From Octopus bimaculoides (Eukaryota), in contig NC_068981.1 in assembly GCF_001194135.2 (NCBI RefSeq), positions 185,017,668-185,067,769 of the forward strand: DNA of 50,102 nucleotides, given 5' to 3'. A program made the position numbers and the translations under genes. The number at the start of each line of letters is the position of its first letter. Position 1 is the stretch's first letter. Shown here piece by piece: positions 1 through 11,457 of this stretch. A model generated the notes under the pieces. It made no database searches. It was not told the origin of the DNA and saw only the letters and a program-made list of their open reading frames with translations.

Positions 1-48
1 TATATATATATATATATGCGTATATATATATGTGTATATATTTATATA
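1..48. repeat. (TA)n-type microsatellite
   Basis: Imperfect (TA)n run at the window start. Confidence 0.9.
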
Positions 49-1982
49 TCTCTAATAATAAATGCGAATGTCAGTGTGTCAGTGTGTCACACTTTTCCAA
101 CTTTACGCCTAGCGGCCGTATCCCAGCATATCATACGATTTTGGAATCAGGCTCCGTGAGTAAATTAAAAACATTCCGGGTCGAATCCTGACCCGCATTC
201 TTGAAATTTTGGATTCCGAAGTTTTCATTACTGCGATTTTTTCACGTGATTTTTTTGCGACGAACTTTTTTGTACGATAACAATTTTTATAACTTGGAAA
301 TAAATTTGAGGAGTAATTGAAATTAATTGCGAAATCCAGCGATTGTTTTCGGTGACTTATTTAAGTGATTAAAAAAAATTTTTTTTGACGAATATAATCA
401 TCATTGGGATATAAATTTGGAGGAAGCAATTGCAACAAAATTCTCAAAAACAAGTCAGAAATCTGTTTTCATTAACGACTGCCACCTGCGAACTTTCCAA
501 CCCAGTTACTCTTTGGGAAAAATATCAGGAGGCTCTCAGTGAGCATATTCATCAAATGAGACTTGCTCATCCGGGATTGGAATTTAATCCTCAGATTGCA
601 AATTTAGCTCTTTGTGAAATTGAAGACAAAGTGATGAACTTGGCTCAAAGAGATCTCAGCAATTTTAGTCTGCCAAAGCCAAACAGAAATTGGACAAATC
701 AGCAGACTTAAAATTTTGTGAGAAACAGGATACAACATGGAAGAACTGCGGCAATATCTTCAAACCAAGACCAACAGCACGTGTATCAGAAGGTCCTTGA
801 TGACATCAGCAACAATAATGGAGGGATTTTCTTTTTGGATGCACCTGGAGGTACTGATAAAACTTTATAATTAACCGTCTTTTATCAGCAGTGAAACTCC
901 AAAGAAAAATAGCTCTAGCAGTAGTATCACCTGGAATTGCTGCTATCCTCTTGCACACAGCAACTTCAAACTTCCATTGGATTTGAACTACAATGAAACC
1001 TCTATTTGCAACATCAAGAGAGGAACCAACTTGACCAAGCTACTGGAGGAGGCAAGCTTTATTGTCTGGAATGAATGTACCATGGCATACGAGCGAGCAT
1101 TTGAGGCCCTGGACAAAACACTCCAAGACATTAGATAGAATTCACAAATCATGGGAGGTATCGCTGTACTACTCTCTGGTGATTTTAGACAAACATTACC
1201 AGTCATTGCAAGAGGAACTCCAGCTGATGAAATCAATGCTTGCCTGAAAAATTCTTACATCTGGAGTCATGGTCAAAGATACAACCTGAAAACAAACATG
1301 AGAGTTAGAATCACAGGTGACCTCGAAGTAGAGAGATCTGCTGCTTTGTCATTACAGCTTGGCATTGAAACCACCAAAATAGAGATATTTCACTTCCAAA
1401 TGGTTGTGGAGTTTCAGTCTCAAGAATCCAAGACTTGATTAACAATGTTTATTCAAGCATTAAACACCATTTCGTGCATTCAAAATGGCTTTGTAAGAGA
1501 ACCATAATAGCTCCCATGAATCGAACTGTGGACAGCATCAACTGAAAACTTCACTAAAAAATTCCAAAAGAAAGCACGAAGTACTTTTCTATTGACACTG
1601 TGGTTGAACAAGGGCAGGAAGTGAATTATCCAATAAAGTTCCTGAACTCATTGGACCGTCCTGGAATGCCATCATACAAGCTGGAACTAAAGCAAATGTG
1701 CCAGTTATGTTATTGAGAAATCTGGATCCTCCAAAGCTTTGTAATGGGACAGGGTTAATTGTCAAGAAGATGCTTCCTCGTCTCTTGGAAGCAGAGATCC
1801 TTACTGGTCCAGGAAAGAAGGAAAGAGTTTTAATCCCAATGATCCCCTTAATTCCTCCGGATCTTCCTTTTGAGTTCAGAAGACTTAAATTTCCAGTGAG
1901 AGTGAGCTATGCAATGTTAATCAATAAGTACCAAATAACTGAGCTTCATCACAGGGAACCCTGCATTTCTCACGGCCAGCTT
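49..1982 (+). mobile_element. Internally deleted, decayed Helitron (5' end plus PIF1-like helicase region; Rep domain and 3' end absent)
   Basis: The 5' end A|TCTCTAATAATAAATGCGAATGTCAGTGTGTCAGTGTGTC resembles Helitron 5' termini. Broken translation gives HHWDINLEEA, ATCELSNPVTLWEKY, a degenerate Walker A (GIFFLDAPGGTDKT, about 823-866), LLSGDFRQTLPVI, MLLRNLDPPKLCNGT, FPVRVSYAMLINKYQ and PCISHGQL, all Helitron helicase motifs. There are many stops and frameshifts. Confidence 0.9.
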
Positions 1983-2275
1983 GGTTGGGAAAAAATTCCT
2001 CATCCACCTCATTCTCCCGACCTTCAGACTACCATTTGTTTCGTAGTTTACAGAATCATTTGGGGGACATAACTTTCGCAAGCCAGGAGGAGACCGAAAC
2101 TGACATTTCAGAGTTCTTCGCTTTGAAATCCAAAAGTGTTTTACATTGATGGGATTAAAAAGCTTGTAAATAGATTGAAGGAAGTCACAGATAATCAGGG
2201 AAAGTACATTGACGATTAAATTTCGATTAAATATAACATTTGATCACTTGTTTTCTTTATTCAGAATTCGGACAG
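1977..2275 (+). mobile_element. Mariner transposase C-terminal fragment and start of 3' TIR region
   Basis: Translates as QLGWEKIPHPPHSPDL, then after a frameshift DYHLFRSLQNHL...YIDGIKKLVNRLKEVTDNQGKYIDD-stop. This is the YSPDL motif and a typical mariner C-terminus. It runs into an N-gap. Confidence 0.9.
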
Positions 2276-2432
2276 NNNNNNNNNNNNNNNNNNNNNNNNN
2301 NNNNNNNNNNNNNNNNNNNNNNNNNNNNNNNNNNNNNNNNNNNNNNNNNNNNNNNNNNNNNNNNNNNNNNNNNNNNNNNNNNNNNNNNNNNNNNNNNNNN
2401 NNNNNNNNNNNNNNNNNNNNNNNNNNNNNNNN

Positions 2433-2730
2433 CACTCACAAGGCTTTGGTCAGCCCTAGACTACAGTGGAGGACACTTGTCCAATGTGTCACACTGTAAC
2501 TTCTTTCAGTTTCTGTCTACCAAACCCACTCACAAGGCTTTGGTCAGCCCTAGACTACAGTGGAGGACACTTGTCCAATGTGTCACACTGTAACTTCTTT
2601 CAGTTTCTGTCTACCAAATCCATTCATTTGGTTTTGGGCGGCTCGGGGCTATAAGTAGGTGCCGCGCAGTGGGACTGAAACCAAGATCACGTGGTTTGGA
2701 AGCTAGCTTCTTAACAACACAGCTGCGTCT
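2433..2730 (-). mobile_element. SINE family A copy containing a 94-bp tandem duplication
   Basis: Reverse complement of the family A body (cactcacaaggctttggtc...gacacttgtccaa; gtgggactgaaacc). The unit starts at 2433 and again at 2527. Confidence 0.75.
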
Positions 2731-3124
2731 GAACCTATATCGATAAATCAAAGACTAAATATGGAAAATTGGAATTATCAAAATAAAAAAAAAGAAAGAA
2801 AAAAGAAAAGAGAAAGGAAACGAAATTATCGATAAACAGAAAGAAATGAGAAACAAATGCAGGTACTTTGGCAGTGGAATATTGCCAAATATATATTTGG
2901 TGTAGCTGTTTCCGTCTTGCTGAAGAATGACTATTTTTGGTTCGATGATGTCACATCATTCTATATTATTGAATAAATCCCAGATTACAAGTTTAATAAC
3001 ATTTCACACAAGGAAATGTTAGCCATGGAATAAAAAAAAAAAAGAACTACCTTTCATGTATTTTAGTTTTAGAATTCACAGAAAACAGAAAAAGGTTTTT
3101 ACAACTAAAGTCTGGAGTCCTACT

Positions 3125-3288
3125 TAACCGTAACTTCCTTCCTTTCTTTCTTCGTTTCTTTCGTTTGTTTTTCTTACTTCGCCTTTGTTTGTTTGTTTGT
3201 TTTGTTCTTTCTTTTCCTTCCTTTCTTTCCTTTTATTCCCTCTTTTTTCATTCCTTATTCGTTTTTCTTTCTGTTATTCTTTCTTCCT

Positions 3289-3352
<64 letters not shown>

Positions 3353-3492
3353 ATCATCTTTGTTCCTTTCTTTCTTATCATATTTGTTCCTTTTTCATTT
3401 ATTTCCTTCTTTCTACCTTTCCTTCCTTCTTAGCCTCTTTCTTTCTGTCTTTCTTTATTTCTTTCTTTCTTTCTTTCTTATCATCTTTGTTC

Positions 3493-3539
<47 letters not shown>

Positions 3540-3600
3540 ATCATCTTTGTTCCTTTCTTTCTTTCTTTCTTACCATCTGTGTTCCTTTTTCATTTATTTC
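3125..3600. repeat. (CTTT)n compound microsatellite with interspersed TTATCATCTTTGTTCC motif
   Basis: Directly visible. It is the source of the F/L/S-rich ORFs at 3165-3638. Confidence 0.9.
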
Positions 3601-3722
3601 CGACTTTCCCATTCATTCTTCGGAGGTCGATAAAATAAGTACCAGTTATATACTGGAGTCGAGGTGATCGACTAACCTTCTCCCCTTAAAATTGCCGACC
3701 TTGTGTCAAAATCTGAAGCCAT
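3600..3722 (+). mobile_element. SINE family C, 3' half
   Basis: cgactttcccattcattcttcggaggtcgataaaataagtaccag...ccttgtgtcaaaatctgaa matches the family C core and tail. Confidence 0.7.
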
Positions 3723-5673
3723 TATTTATTACGAGTTGACGATGGGACTTCTAGTAGTCTATCAAAAATGCTTGTAATAACAGTCAAATAACCCTCAGAT
3801 TATACAATGCCGTTTTGAAAAGTAAAAGAAAACACATTGAACAATGTTGTCTGTGAAAACAGTAGAATGATAACATCTCAAACGCCTTTGATAATATGGC
3901 TTCTCTATCTGGGCGGACCTTGGGCTAAGTAGCAATAGGAACTGCTGCAGCAGCAATCCTAATTATCCTAAAGTACATCTTCATGTACATTTCTATTCCA
4001 AACAAACCTCCACAAGTAAGTATAGACAGTCCTCTGCATGTCAGAAAGGTTCCTGCTCTGACATTCATGGTGTATATTTCCACCAATCAAAAACCTTCAA
4101 TTCTTCGAGCAGAAAATGAATAGCACTTAACTCAATTATTCTTCCTACTTTGAACTTACATCATATGCTGACACAACACGTGTTATGTGAAACAGCTTTT
4201 CCAGCTTGAAGATACAAAAACAAAATAAAATAAAAACCTGAAAAAAAAAACAAAACAGAAAAAGGAAAGAAATACATGTAACGATTCTTTAAGAAGATTT
4301 ATGGTAAATTTTATTTCGCTAACATTTGAGGATCTTTTTTCGTTTCTTTTGAGAGAAACAGAAAGATTCTATTGGAAATTTGACAATTATAAAAAGTCTT
4401 AGCTCCTCTGGAAAATTGGTAACTGAACAAAATATATTAGAAAGCTTTTAGTCTATTCTGAGCTGTCAATATAACCCATTGAGCTTTAGTTGGGAAGAAA
4501 TAAGTTAAGCAACTTCAAATTCAGGTTAACGTCCGAATTTATTATGTTACTCTGCCAGATATCAAGTAATGAAATATATACTAAGGAGCTAAAAATACAT
4601 ACTAAGGAGTGAAAAAAATATAAATAAATCTGTAGTCAAGGAGATGATAATCCTTTCGTCACGTGCTTTCTGGTGCAGAAAAAAGGGAATAAATAAAAAA
4701 TTTACAAAACAGAAATTAGATATTTTTTGAAAGATTTCGATTATATAGATATCAAAGTTATTGACAAGTAGTCAAGTTCAAATAATTTTCTCTTAAAAAA
4801 CCCTAAAATATAATGAAAAATATTTGAGTCGATATCAAACGATTTCAATCGATGTTTATTAAATGTATAAAAATCTATAAAAATGTATAAAAAGCGGAGT
4901 CTTAGGCTTAATGTTGTATTTTTTTTTTCACTTCAATCTACAAGATAGCCACGTTGATATTTTTTTAAAGATTTCATATTCATACTACAATCAAAGATAA
5001 AACAGCTCAATTAGTTGAGAGAAACGAATAAGCACATAAAAAGAATTTACTTAACAGAGTTAAACTGTTTGAAGCATTAATTTATAAGTTAGTAATTATT
5101 CTGACACCGTATTATTTCACACGATCTATTTAGAGAAGTCAATTAATGTACTTTATTGCCCAATTAGAAGGCAATAAAATTGATAGCGATTGATATTGGC
5201 GTTATGGCTTAGCTTAAACATTAATCTTTTGTGAGGAAACTAAAACAAAAAGAAACACCTTAGCTATAACTAATGATGAAAAACTTATAAAAATAAAACA
5301 GATGAAGAAATAATACTAAGTTAGTTCTGTTGCAACTGTGGCAAATAGACCACAAATTTGGCTCTATTAAGAGTTGATCCTAATGTCAACAACCACGAGA
5401 ACGACAGCGCTAATAAATATGAACAGAAACAAACAATAAAAGAACAACAACAAAAGAAAAAAACAACAACAACAGTTCTTAGATACTTAAATTGGAATCA
5501 AAATCTTCATATAAATCTCAATGATTATTGAGCAGCAAATCTAAAATTTGGACAATATATTTATGTTATTTTAATCACCTTAAACATGGTTATAAAACTG
5601 TTGAGTGTTTTTATTTGTGTTATTAAACTCAACCCTTTTAAATATTTTATGAATATCATGTTTAAATAATGAC

Positions 5674-5890
5674 TTCTGATTTCGGCACAAGGCCAGCAAT
5701 TTTGAGGGGGAGGGTGTTAGCCGAGACCATAAACCGAAGTTGTTGACTGATACTTTAGTTTATTCACGGCGTGGGGAAAAATAACTGGGTTGAACTTGGC
5801 GGGATTTGAACTCAGAAAGTAAAAGTGCTGGAAGAAATACTGCAATGCATTTTTCCTGATGCTCTAACGATTCTGCCAGCTCGCAGCCTT
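5674..5890 (-). mobile_element. SINE family C, diverged full-length copy
   Basis: ggcacaaggccagcaatttt...atttgaactcagaa...ctaacgattctgccagctcgc is the reverse complement of the family C tail, B-box and head. Confidence 0.75.
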
Positions 5891-5925
5891 TAAGCCATAG
5901 TTTAATACATCTATCCGCGTTTGTG

Positions 5926-6110
5926 CAGGCGTGGTTGTGTGGGAAGAAGATTGTTTTCAAGCCACATATTTCCGGGTTCAGTCCTGCGTGGCACCTTGGG
6001 CGAGTGTCTTCTACAATAGCATTGGATGGACTAAAGCCTTGTGAGTGGATTTGGTTGACGGAAATTGAAGGAATCCCGTCGTATACATACATATATGTAT
6101 ATATATATAA
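5926..6110 (+). mobile_element. SINE family A (tRNA head, CORE-like segment, TA tail)
   Basis: gcgtggttgtgtgg...gggttcagtcc...gtggcaccttgggcgagtgtcttctac...ccttgtgagtggatttgg...cccgtcgtata(ta)n. Confidence 0.85.
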
Positions 6111-6565
6111 ACAGGGAGAGAATAAAAAAAGCTTTAGTGGCTAGCGGTCCATCATGGACGTACGGATTGACAGACAAGAGAGTAAGAAAAAACAACAATA
6201 GGAAAATGCAGTAAGTTCAAAAGAGTTCAGAAAAGTTCAAAACGCAACATGTTAGAAATAACAGCCAAGTTTCTTCTGAAACAAAGCACTACAAGCTTAG
6301 ACCCCGATATTAATGAAAAGACAAGAAAGTCAGAAATGGTACACCTTTAATCATAATTCTGCTTTGTCAAACTCGTTGGTGAGTAATAATTATTACCTAT
6401 ACGGAATTTTCCATGCAAGCCACCACTTGATATGATAGTTATTTTGAATAATGGTTTTATGCTTTATATATATATATATATNNNNNNNNNNNNNNNNNNN
6501 NNNNNNNNNNNNNNNNNNNNNNNNNNNNNNNNNNNNNNNNNNNNNNNNNNNNNNNNNNNNNNNNN

Positions 6566-6924
6566 CGACGAGGGTTCCAGTTGATCCGATCAACGGAAAA
6601 GCCTGCTCGTGAAATTAACGTGCAAGTGACTGAGCATCCACAGATACGTGTACTCTTAACGTAGTTCTCGGGGATATTCAGCGTGACACAGTGTGACAAG
6701 GCTGGCCCCTTTGAATTACAGGCACAACAGAAACAGAAAGTAAGAGTGAGAGAAAGTTGTGTTGAAAGAGTACTGCAGGGTTCGCCACCATCCTCTGCCG
6801 GAGCCTCATGGAGCTTCAGGTGTTTTCGCTCAATAAACACTCACAACGTCCGGTCTGGGAATCAAAACCGCGATCCTATGACCACGAGTCCGCTGCCCTA
6901 ACCACTGGGCCATTGCGCCTCCAC
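6566..6924 (-). mobile_element. SINE family B (about 380 bp, tRNA-derived)
   Basis: Closely similar to the copies at 11458, 31965, 35399 and 37641. The head reads GTGGAGGCGCAATGGCCCAGTGGTTAGGGCAGCGGAC on the minus strand. The 3' end is lost in the gap. Confidence 0.9.
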
Positions 6925-7092
6925 ATATACAAGTAGTGAACCGAGTAAATGGGAAAATATTTAATTTCTAAACGAATATTTGTATGTTTACACAGCTCAT
7001 CATTATTATAAATTATCATAGATGGGTTGAATAAAAGGTGAATAAATAAAAGAGAAGGTAGGAAGATAATTGGAAAGTTCTTTATTCCACTA

Positions 7093-7132
<40 letters not shown>

Positions 7133-7500
7133 GCCTCCGTTTGTCAATTCATCCATCTATCTGTTTGTCTGACTGTTTATCTTTTTATTTATGTGTTCGT
7201 TTTTTTTTAAAATTTAGTTTCATCAAAAGTTTTTTTTCTTTTCTCCTATAATCAAATCTCACATTTGTTTGACATAATCTGTTCGAACGCTTAAACTCTC
7301 TACCTATCAATGTGTCCCAGGGTGTTCCCTTGTTTATTTGTTTGTTTGTTTGTTTGTTTCTTTCTTTCTTAAAAGAAACGCATTGGAATTTTTGTAGTCA
7401 TTTGAAAGTTGCGGTTTTTTTAGCTTTGGACTTGTTACTTGATTATACAAAATACTACTTTGTATGTGAATGAGACGGCCGTGCTCGGGTGTCACATTAA

Positions 7501-8165
7501 ACCAGGAAAGAATTACTTAAAGGAAAATCATTTGAGTCTGGTATAAAAGAAGTTCTTAATTTTCAGTCTGCATCTATCAAAAAAGAAAAAAGAAAAATAC
7601 AACAAAATAAAAGAAAACAAAGCAAGAAAAACAAGAACGAAAAACATTTTACCAGCATCCCAGCAAGTCAGCATTACAAGCACTATATAATAAGCTTGGA
7701 GTAATAATAAAAAAAGTAACTTGGAAAAGGCCATTGTTCAGAGTGAGGCAGTTTTCCAATATTTGAAATAGAAATTGTCAGCAAATTGTGAGGTAAAAAT
7801 TAAAAAACGTTTTTGTCAGCCCTGACATTTACAAATTTCTTAAAGCGAAGGAATTTTGATGATATTTTGGAAAGTAAGGTAGAAAAATCAGCGTGGGAAA
7901 CATTGAAAATAGTCACTAACTTTTTTTATTAATAGAAATGAATGAAAATTATGAAACTTCGAGCCTTTTAATTATCTGCTTACGGCATATCACAGAAGAT
8001 ATAAATTTCTTTTTACATGAAAATAGTGTTGGGTGGTGAGCGATGAGTATGGTTAGATATTTCACCAGGTCTTTGCTATAATGGGGGAAAAATAACTCAA
8101 TATTAACAGGGTAATTGGACACATGAATAATATTGGCAGATTATTGTTGAAATTCTTCCAGAGGT
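7501..8165 (+). mobile_element. Fossil DNA transposon transposase, Chapaev3-like (CMC group)
   Basis: Broken translation gives PGKNY, FQYLK*K, VFVSPDIYKFLK, EKSAWETLKIVTNF, VSDEYG*IFHQ and LADYC*. These match the conserved FVGPDI, AW..F, SDEHGERFHQD and MADYCW blocks. An A-rich stretch interrupts it at about 7575-7650. Confidence 0.7.
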
Positions 8166-8280
8166 TGTGTGACATTATTTATCAGAGACATAGTGAGTGG
8201 TGAGAACTTTGTATCCAAATCTACTTAAACGCCATGTATAATATCTCATAATCTGTTAGTAAACAAAACTATATATTATT

Positions 8281-8459
8281 TAGGTACAACACCAGCAAGT
8301 TTGCAGGGAGGATATAAATCGATAATATCAAGTCTAGCTCTTTTCGGTCCCGAAATGATGAGAAGCAAAGTTAACCTCAGTTGAACTTGAATCCAGGACA
8401 TAAAACGCAAGACCAAAAGTGCATGGCGTTTTTTTTCGACGCTCTAACGAATCTGCCAA
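8281..8459 (-). mobile_element. SINE family C, old copy
   Basis: gcaaagttaacctcagttgaacttgaatccag...ctctaacgaatctgcca. Confidence 0.55.
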
Positions 8460-8567
8460 ATCAGACGAGACTAATTTCGTTTTCTGTGCGTTTTGTTGTA
8501 ATAAATGCTTTTCATTATACTATTTGTATAGATTTCACAGAAATTCAAATGGGCTTAATTCATGTAT

Positions 8568-8657
8568 CGTGGTTGTGTGGTAAGTTGCTTGCTTCCCAAC
8601 CACATGAATCTGGGTTCAGTCCCACCGCGTGGCACCTTGGCGAAGTGTCTACTATAA
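8568..8657 (+). mobile_element. SINE family A, 5' half
   Basis: cgtggttgtgtggtaagttgcttgcttcccaaccac...gggttcagtcccaccgcgtggcaccttgg. Confidence 0.8.
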
Positions 8658-9249
8658 TAATATAATAAAATACTTTTTAATATTTTAATTTTAGCTGCAA
8701 TATTTTAAGTAAAATGTTTCTTATTCTTTACTTTTCTTGAAGTAATAGTTTGTCCTATACTTTTACAGGTGTAATAACTTGTCCTGTACTTTTCCAGATT
8801 TATAATCTTAAGAATATTACTTTTCATGCTCCCATTTTGCCATGTAATCCATGATTTTTCCAGGCATTGCTGTTATAAGATAATTAATAATATGTCAATT
8901 TAGGATTTTACCTTATAAAATACCGGGACGGGGGATACATTGGCTGCTATTTTTGGCGTTTCGAGCGACCAGGTAGAGGCTCTTTCACTGGTTTGATTGA
9001 GTGATGAGATTTGTTTTACACATATATGTATAATATGCATATATATCATCAGCAGAAGCTAGACAGTAAATCAAAACCTGAGAGTTTCGTGTATTGGCAC
9101 TTATCAAACACGAATTTGTCCATTGTCACTCTGTAACTTGTGACGAAATAACTTCTAAAATACAAAATTTTGTCAAAAACGTTGAGAGTAAACCCTATCA
9201 ATATCGGAAGTTTCAAAGTGTTTAGTTAAAAAAAATAATAATTAAGTAA

Positions 9250-9391
9250 TCTGTACTTCAAATTGAATAGATCCGAAATGGATAAAAAGCAAAGTCGACC
9301 TCGGCGGAGTTTGAACACAATTCATAAAAAGAGGTGAAATATCGGTAAGCAGTTCAACCGGCACGCTAACGTTCCTGCCAGATCGCCGCTT
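9250..9391 (-). mobile_element. SINE family C, old copy
   Basis: gcaaagtcgacctcggcggagtttgaacac...gctaacgttcctgccagatcgccgc. Confidence 0.7.
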
Positions 9392-9899
9392 TAAAACATA
9401 AATATTCATTTTAGCAATATATTCTTTAATATTCTTATTGATAAGCGTTACTTCCTTGCTCTCTTACTTACACGAAATTTCGTGGTATTTCACCCCATAA
9501 CTTTTCTTCTACTAAATTTTGTTCAATGCGACTAACGACTCTGAATTCCTCATACATTTTTCTATCATTTAAGCCCAAGAAAAGTATACTTTTATTTTAA
9601 AATTNNNNNNNNNNNNNNNNNNNNNNNNNNNNNNNNNNNNNNNNNNNNNNNNNNNNNNNNNNNNNNNNNNNNNNNNNNNNNNNNNNNNNNNNNNNNNNNN
9701 NNNNNNNNNNNNNNNNNNNNNNNNNNNNNNNNNNNNNNNNNNNNNNNNNNNNNNNNNNNNNNNNNNNNNNNNNNNNNNNNNNNNNNNNNNNNNNNNNNNN
9801 NNNNNNNNNNNNNNNNNNNNNNNNNNNNNNNNNNNNNNNNNNNNNNNNNNNNNNNNNNNNNNNNNNNNNNATATATATATATATATATATACACGCATA

Positions 9900-10122
9900 T
9901 ACACGTGGGCCTTCGTGTCTATATTTGCTCCCACTACCGCTACTTGACAATCGCTGTTGGTAGGTTTACACCCCCGTAACTTAGTGGTTCGGCACAAAAT
10001 AGCGATAGAATACGTATCTGGCTTTCGAAAAAGTACTGGGCTCGATTCATTCGAGTAAAAGGACTCCAAGGCGGTGCCCCAGTATGGACGCAGTCAAATG
10101 ACTGAAAGAAGTAACGAATAAC
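9900..10122 (+). mobile_element. Repeat E (probable 3' extension of SINE family A)
   Basis: cttgacaatcg...cccgtaacttagtggttcggca...aaggcggtgccccagtatggacgcagtcaaatgactgaaa. Related segments occur at 13255, 16395, 19118, 21600, 27985 and 49990. Confidence 0.7.
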
Positions 10123-10600
10123 AAGATCAATAAGTATCCGGATTGTTGGAATAGTAACGAAGCTAAAGCACGCAGAGTGAAGCCGCTTGGTACAGATTGA
10201 CCTTGATCGCTGCTGCGCATGTGCACTAGGTTTTAACCTTCTACCTCACTTACGCGGTTTACAGCAGTGCTTGAAAGAAAGGTATGTAGCATGTGATCGT
10301 CGCATTGACCATGACAGAAAATTGAACAGAGAATCTGCATCAAATTTTGTCAAAAGCTTGGCAATATCTGCTCAAAGGCCAACGCAAAGCTTCTAAAAAG
10401 TTTTCATCCTTCTCGATACAATCAAGGAGATCTTGTGCCACTGAAATCCGAGTGTCTTTTTGGTCAGCTGAAAGCAGATTTGGCACAAACTTGCCAGACA
10501 CGCGTCTCATACCCAAATCTTCAGTGATAACGGGCTGAACTGAACCGTAACAAATCTGTACATCCACTAATAACTCACCGATGGTGATTCGACGATTTCT
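10123..10600. mobile_element. Rearranged mariner remnant (plus-strand 5' end, minus-strand internal segment)
   Basis: The plus strand at 10311-10375 gives M-T-E, frameshift, IEQRICIKFCQKLG. The minus strand at 10381-10600 gives RNRRITIGELL...EDLGMRRVSGKFVPNLLSADQK...DENFL. Confidence 0.85.
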
Positions 10601-10658
10601 GGGGTCGATTTGCTCGATTCGACGATCTGTGCATTTTGCCCGGTGTGCTAACGTTTCG

Positions 10659-10890
10659 TATTTCTTTATTGCCCACTAGCGGCTAAACATAGAAGGGACG
10701 AACAAGGACAGACAAAGGGATTAAGTCGATTACATCGATCGCAGTGCGTAACTGGTTCTTTATTTATCGATCCCGAAAGGATGAAATGCAAAGTCGACTT
10801 CGGTGGAATTTGAACTCAGAACGTAACGGCAGACGAAATACCGCTAAGGATTTCGCCCGGCGTGCTAACGATTCTGCGAGGTCGCTGCCT
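10659..10890 (-). mobile_element. SINE family C, tail variant C2
   Basis: Family C head and core with the tail ...ttgtctgtccttgttcgtccc...gtgggcaataaagaaata on the minus strand. Confidence 0.85.
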
Positions 10891-10894
10891 CACT

Positions 10895-11175
10895 CTCACA
10901 CACACACGCACACACACGACCACACACTCATACGCGCGCGCGCAAACACAGATATATATTATATAGTTGAAGTACTCAAGCAACACACGAGCACACAATA
11001 TAAATACAAAACTAACGCATAACATACATACACATATACGTGAATACACGCACACACACTTACAGGCACGCACGCATGCACACACACACACACATACACA
11101 AAAGTATATATGTATGTACGTGTATATGTGCGTGTGTGAGTATGTATGTGTGTGAGTATGTATGTGTGTGTGTGT
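10895..11175. repeat. Compound (CA)n/(TG)n microsatellite
   Basis: Directly visible. Confidence 0.85.
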
Positions 11176-11457
11176 TGCTCAATGCTAATTTATTGTGACG
11201 ACGTACCACTAAACATCAGGCTGTAGGCGTTTCAGTCTGTCTGTGACTAGATTCCTGCTGTGATAATTATCACAGCCTAGTTTATATAGGTAATTGGATT
11301 AAATAGTAATGGAAATATTAAATGATGTATTTCTTTTTTTTTTTCTATGTTGAGGATAAAAAATATCCCCGACATCCACTTAACACTTTATAGATCGAAT
11401 CTGTGAGTTAAGAGGCACATCGTAAAAATAGCAGCTAAACCGTTAAAAGCAGCTAAC

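Noticed and set aside
430-1982. Host PIF1 helicase gene
   Set aside because: It has many stops and frameshifts, a broken Walker A, no introns and a Helitron-type 5' end and linker.
2433-2620. CRISPR-like repeat-spacer array
   Set aside because: It is a plain two-unit tandem duplication without unique spacers, in a eukaryotic context with no cas genes.
3165-3638. Hydrophobic F/L/S-rich membrane-protein ORFs
   Set aside because: These are translations of the (CTTT)n microsatellite.
6457-6901. Recurrent ORFs such as STCTLISRAGCSVDRINWNPR (also at 35322 and 37918)
   Set aside because: They are chance translations of SINE family B copies.
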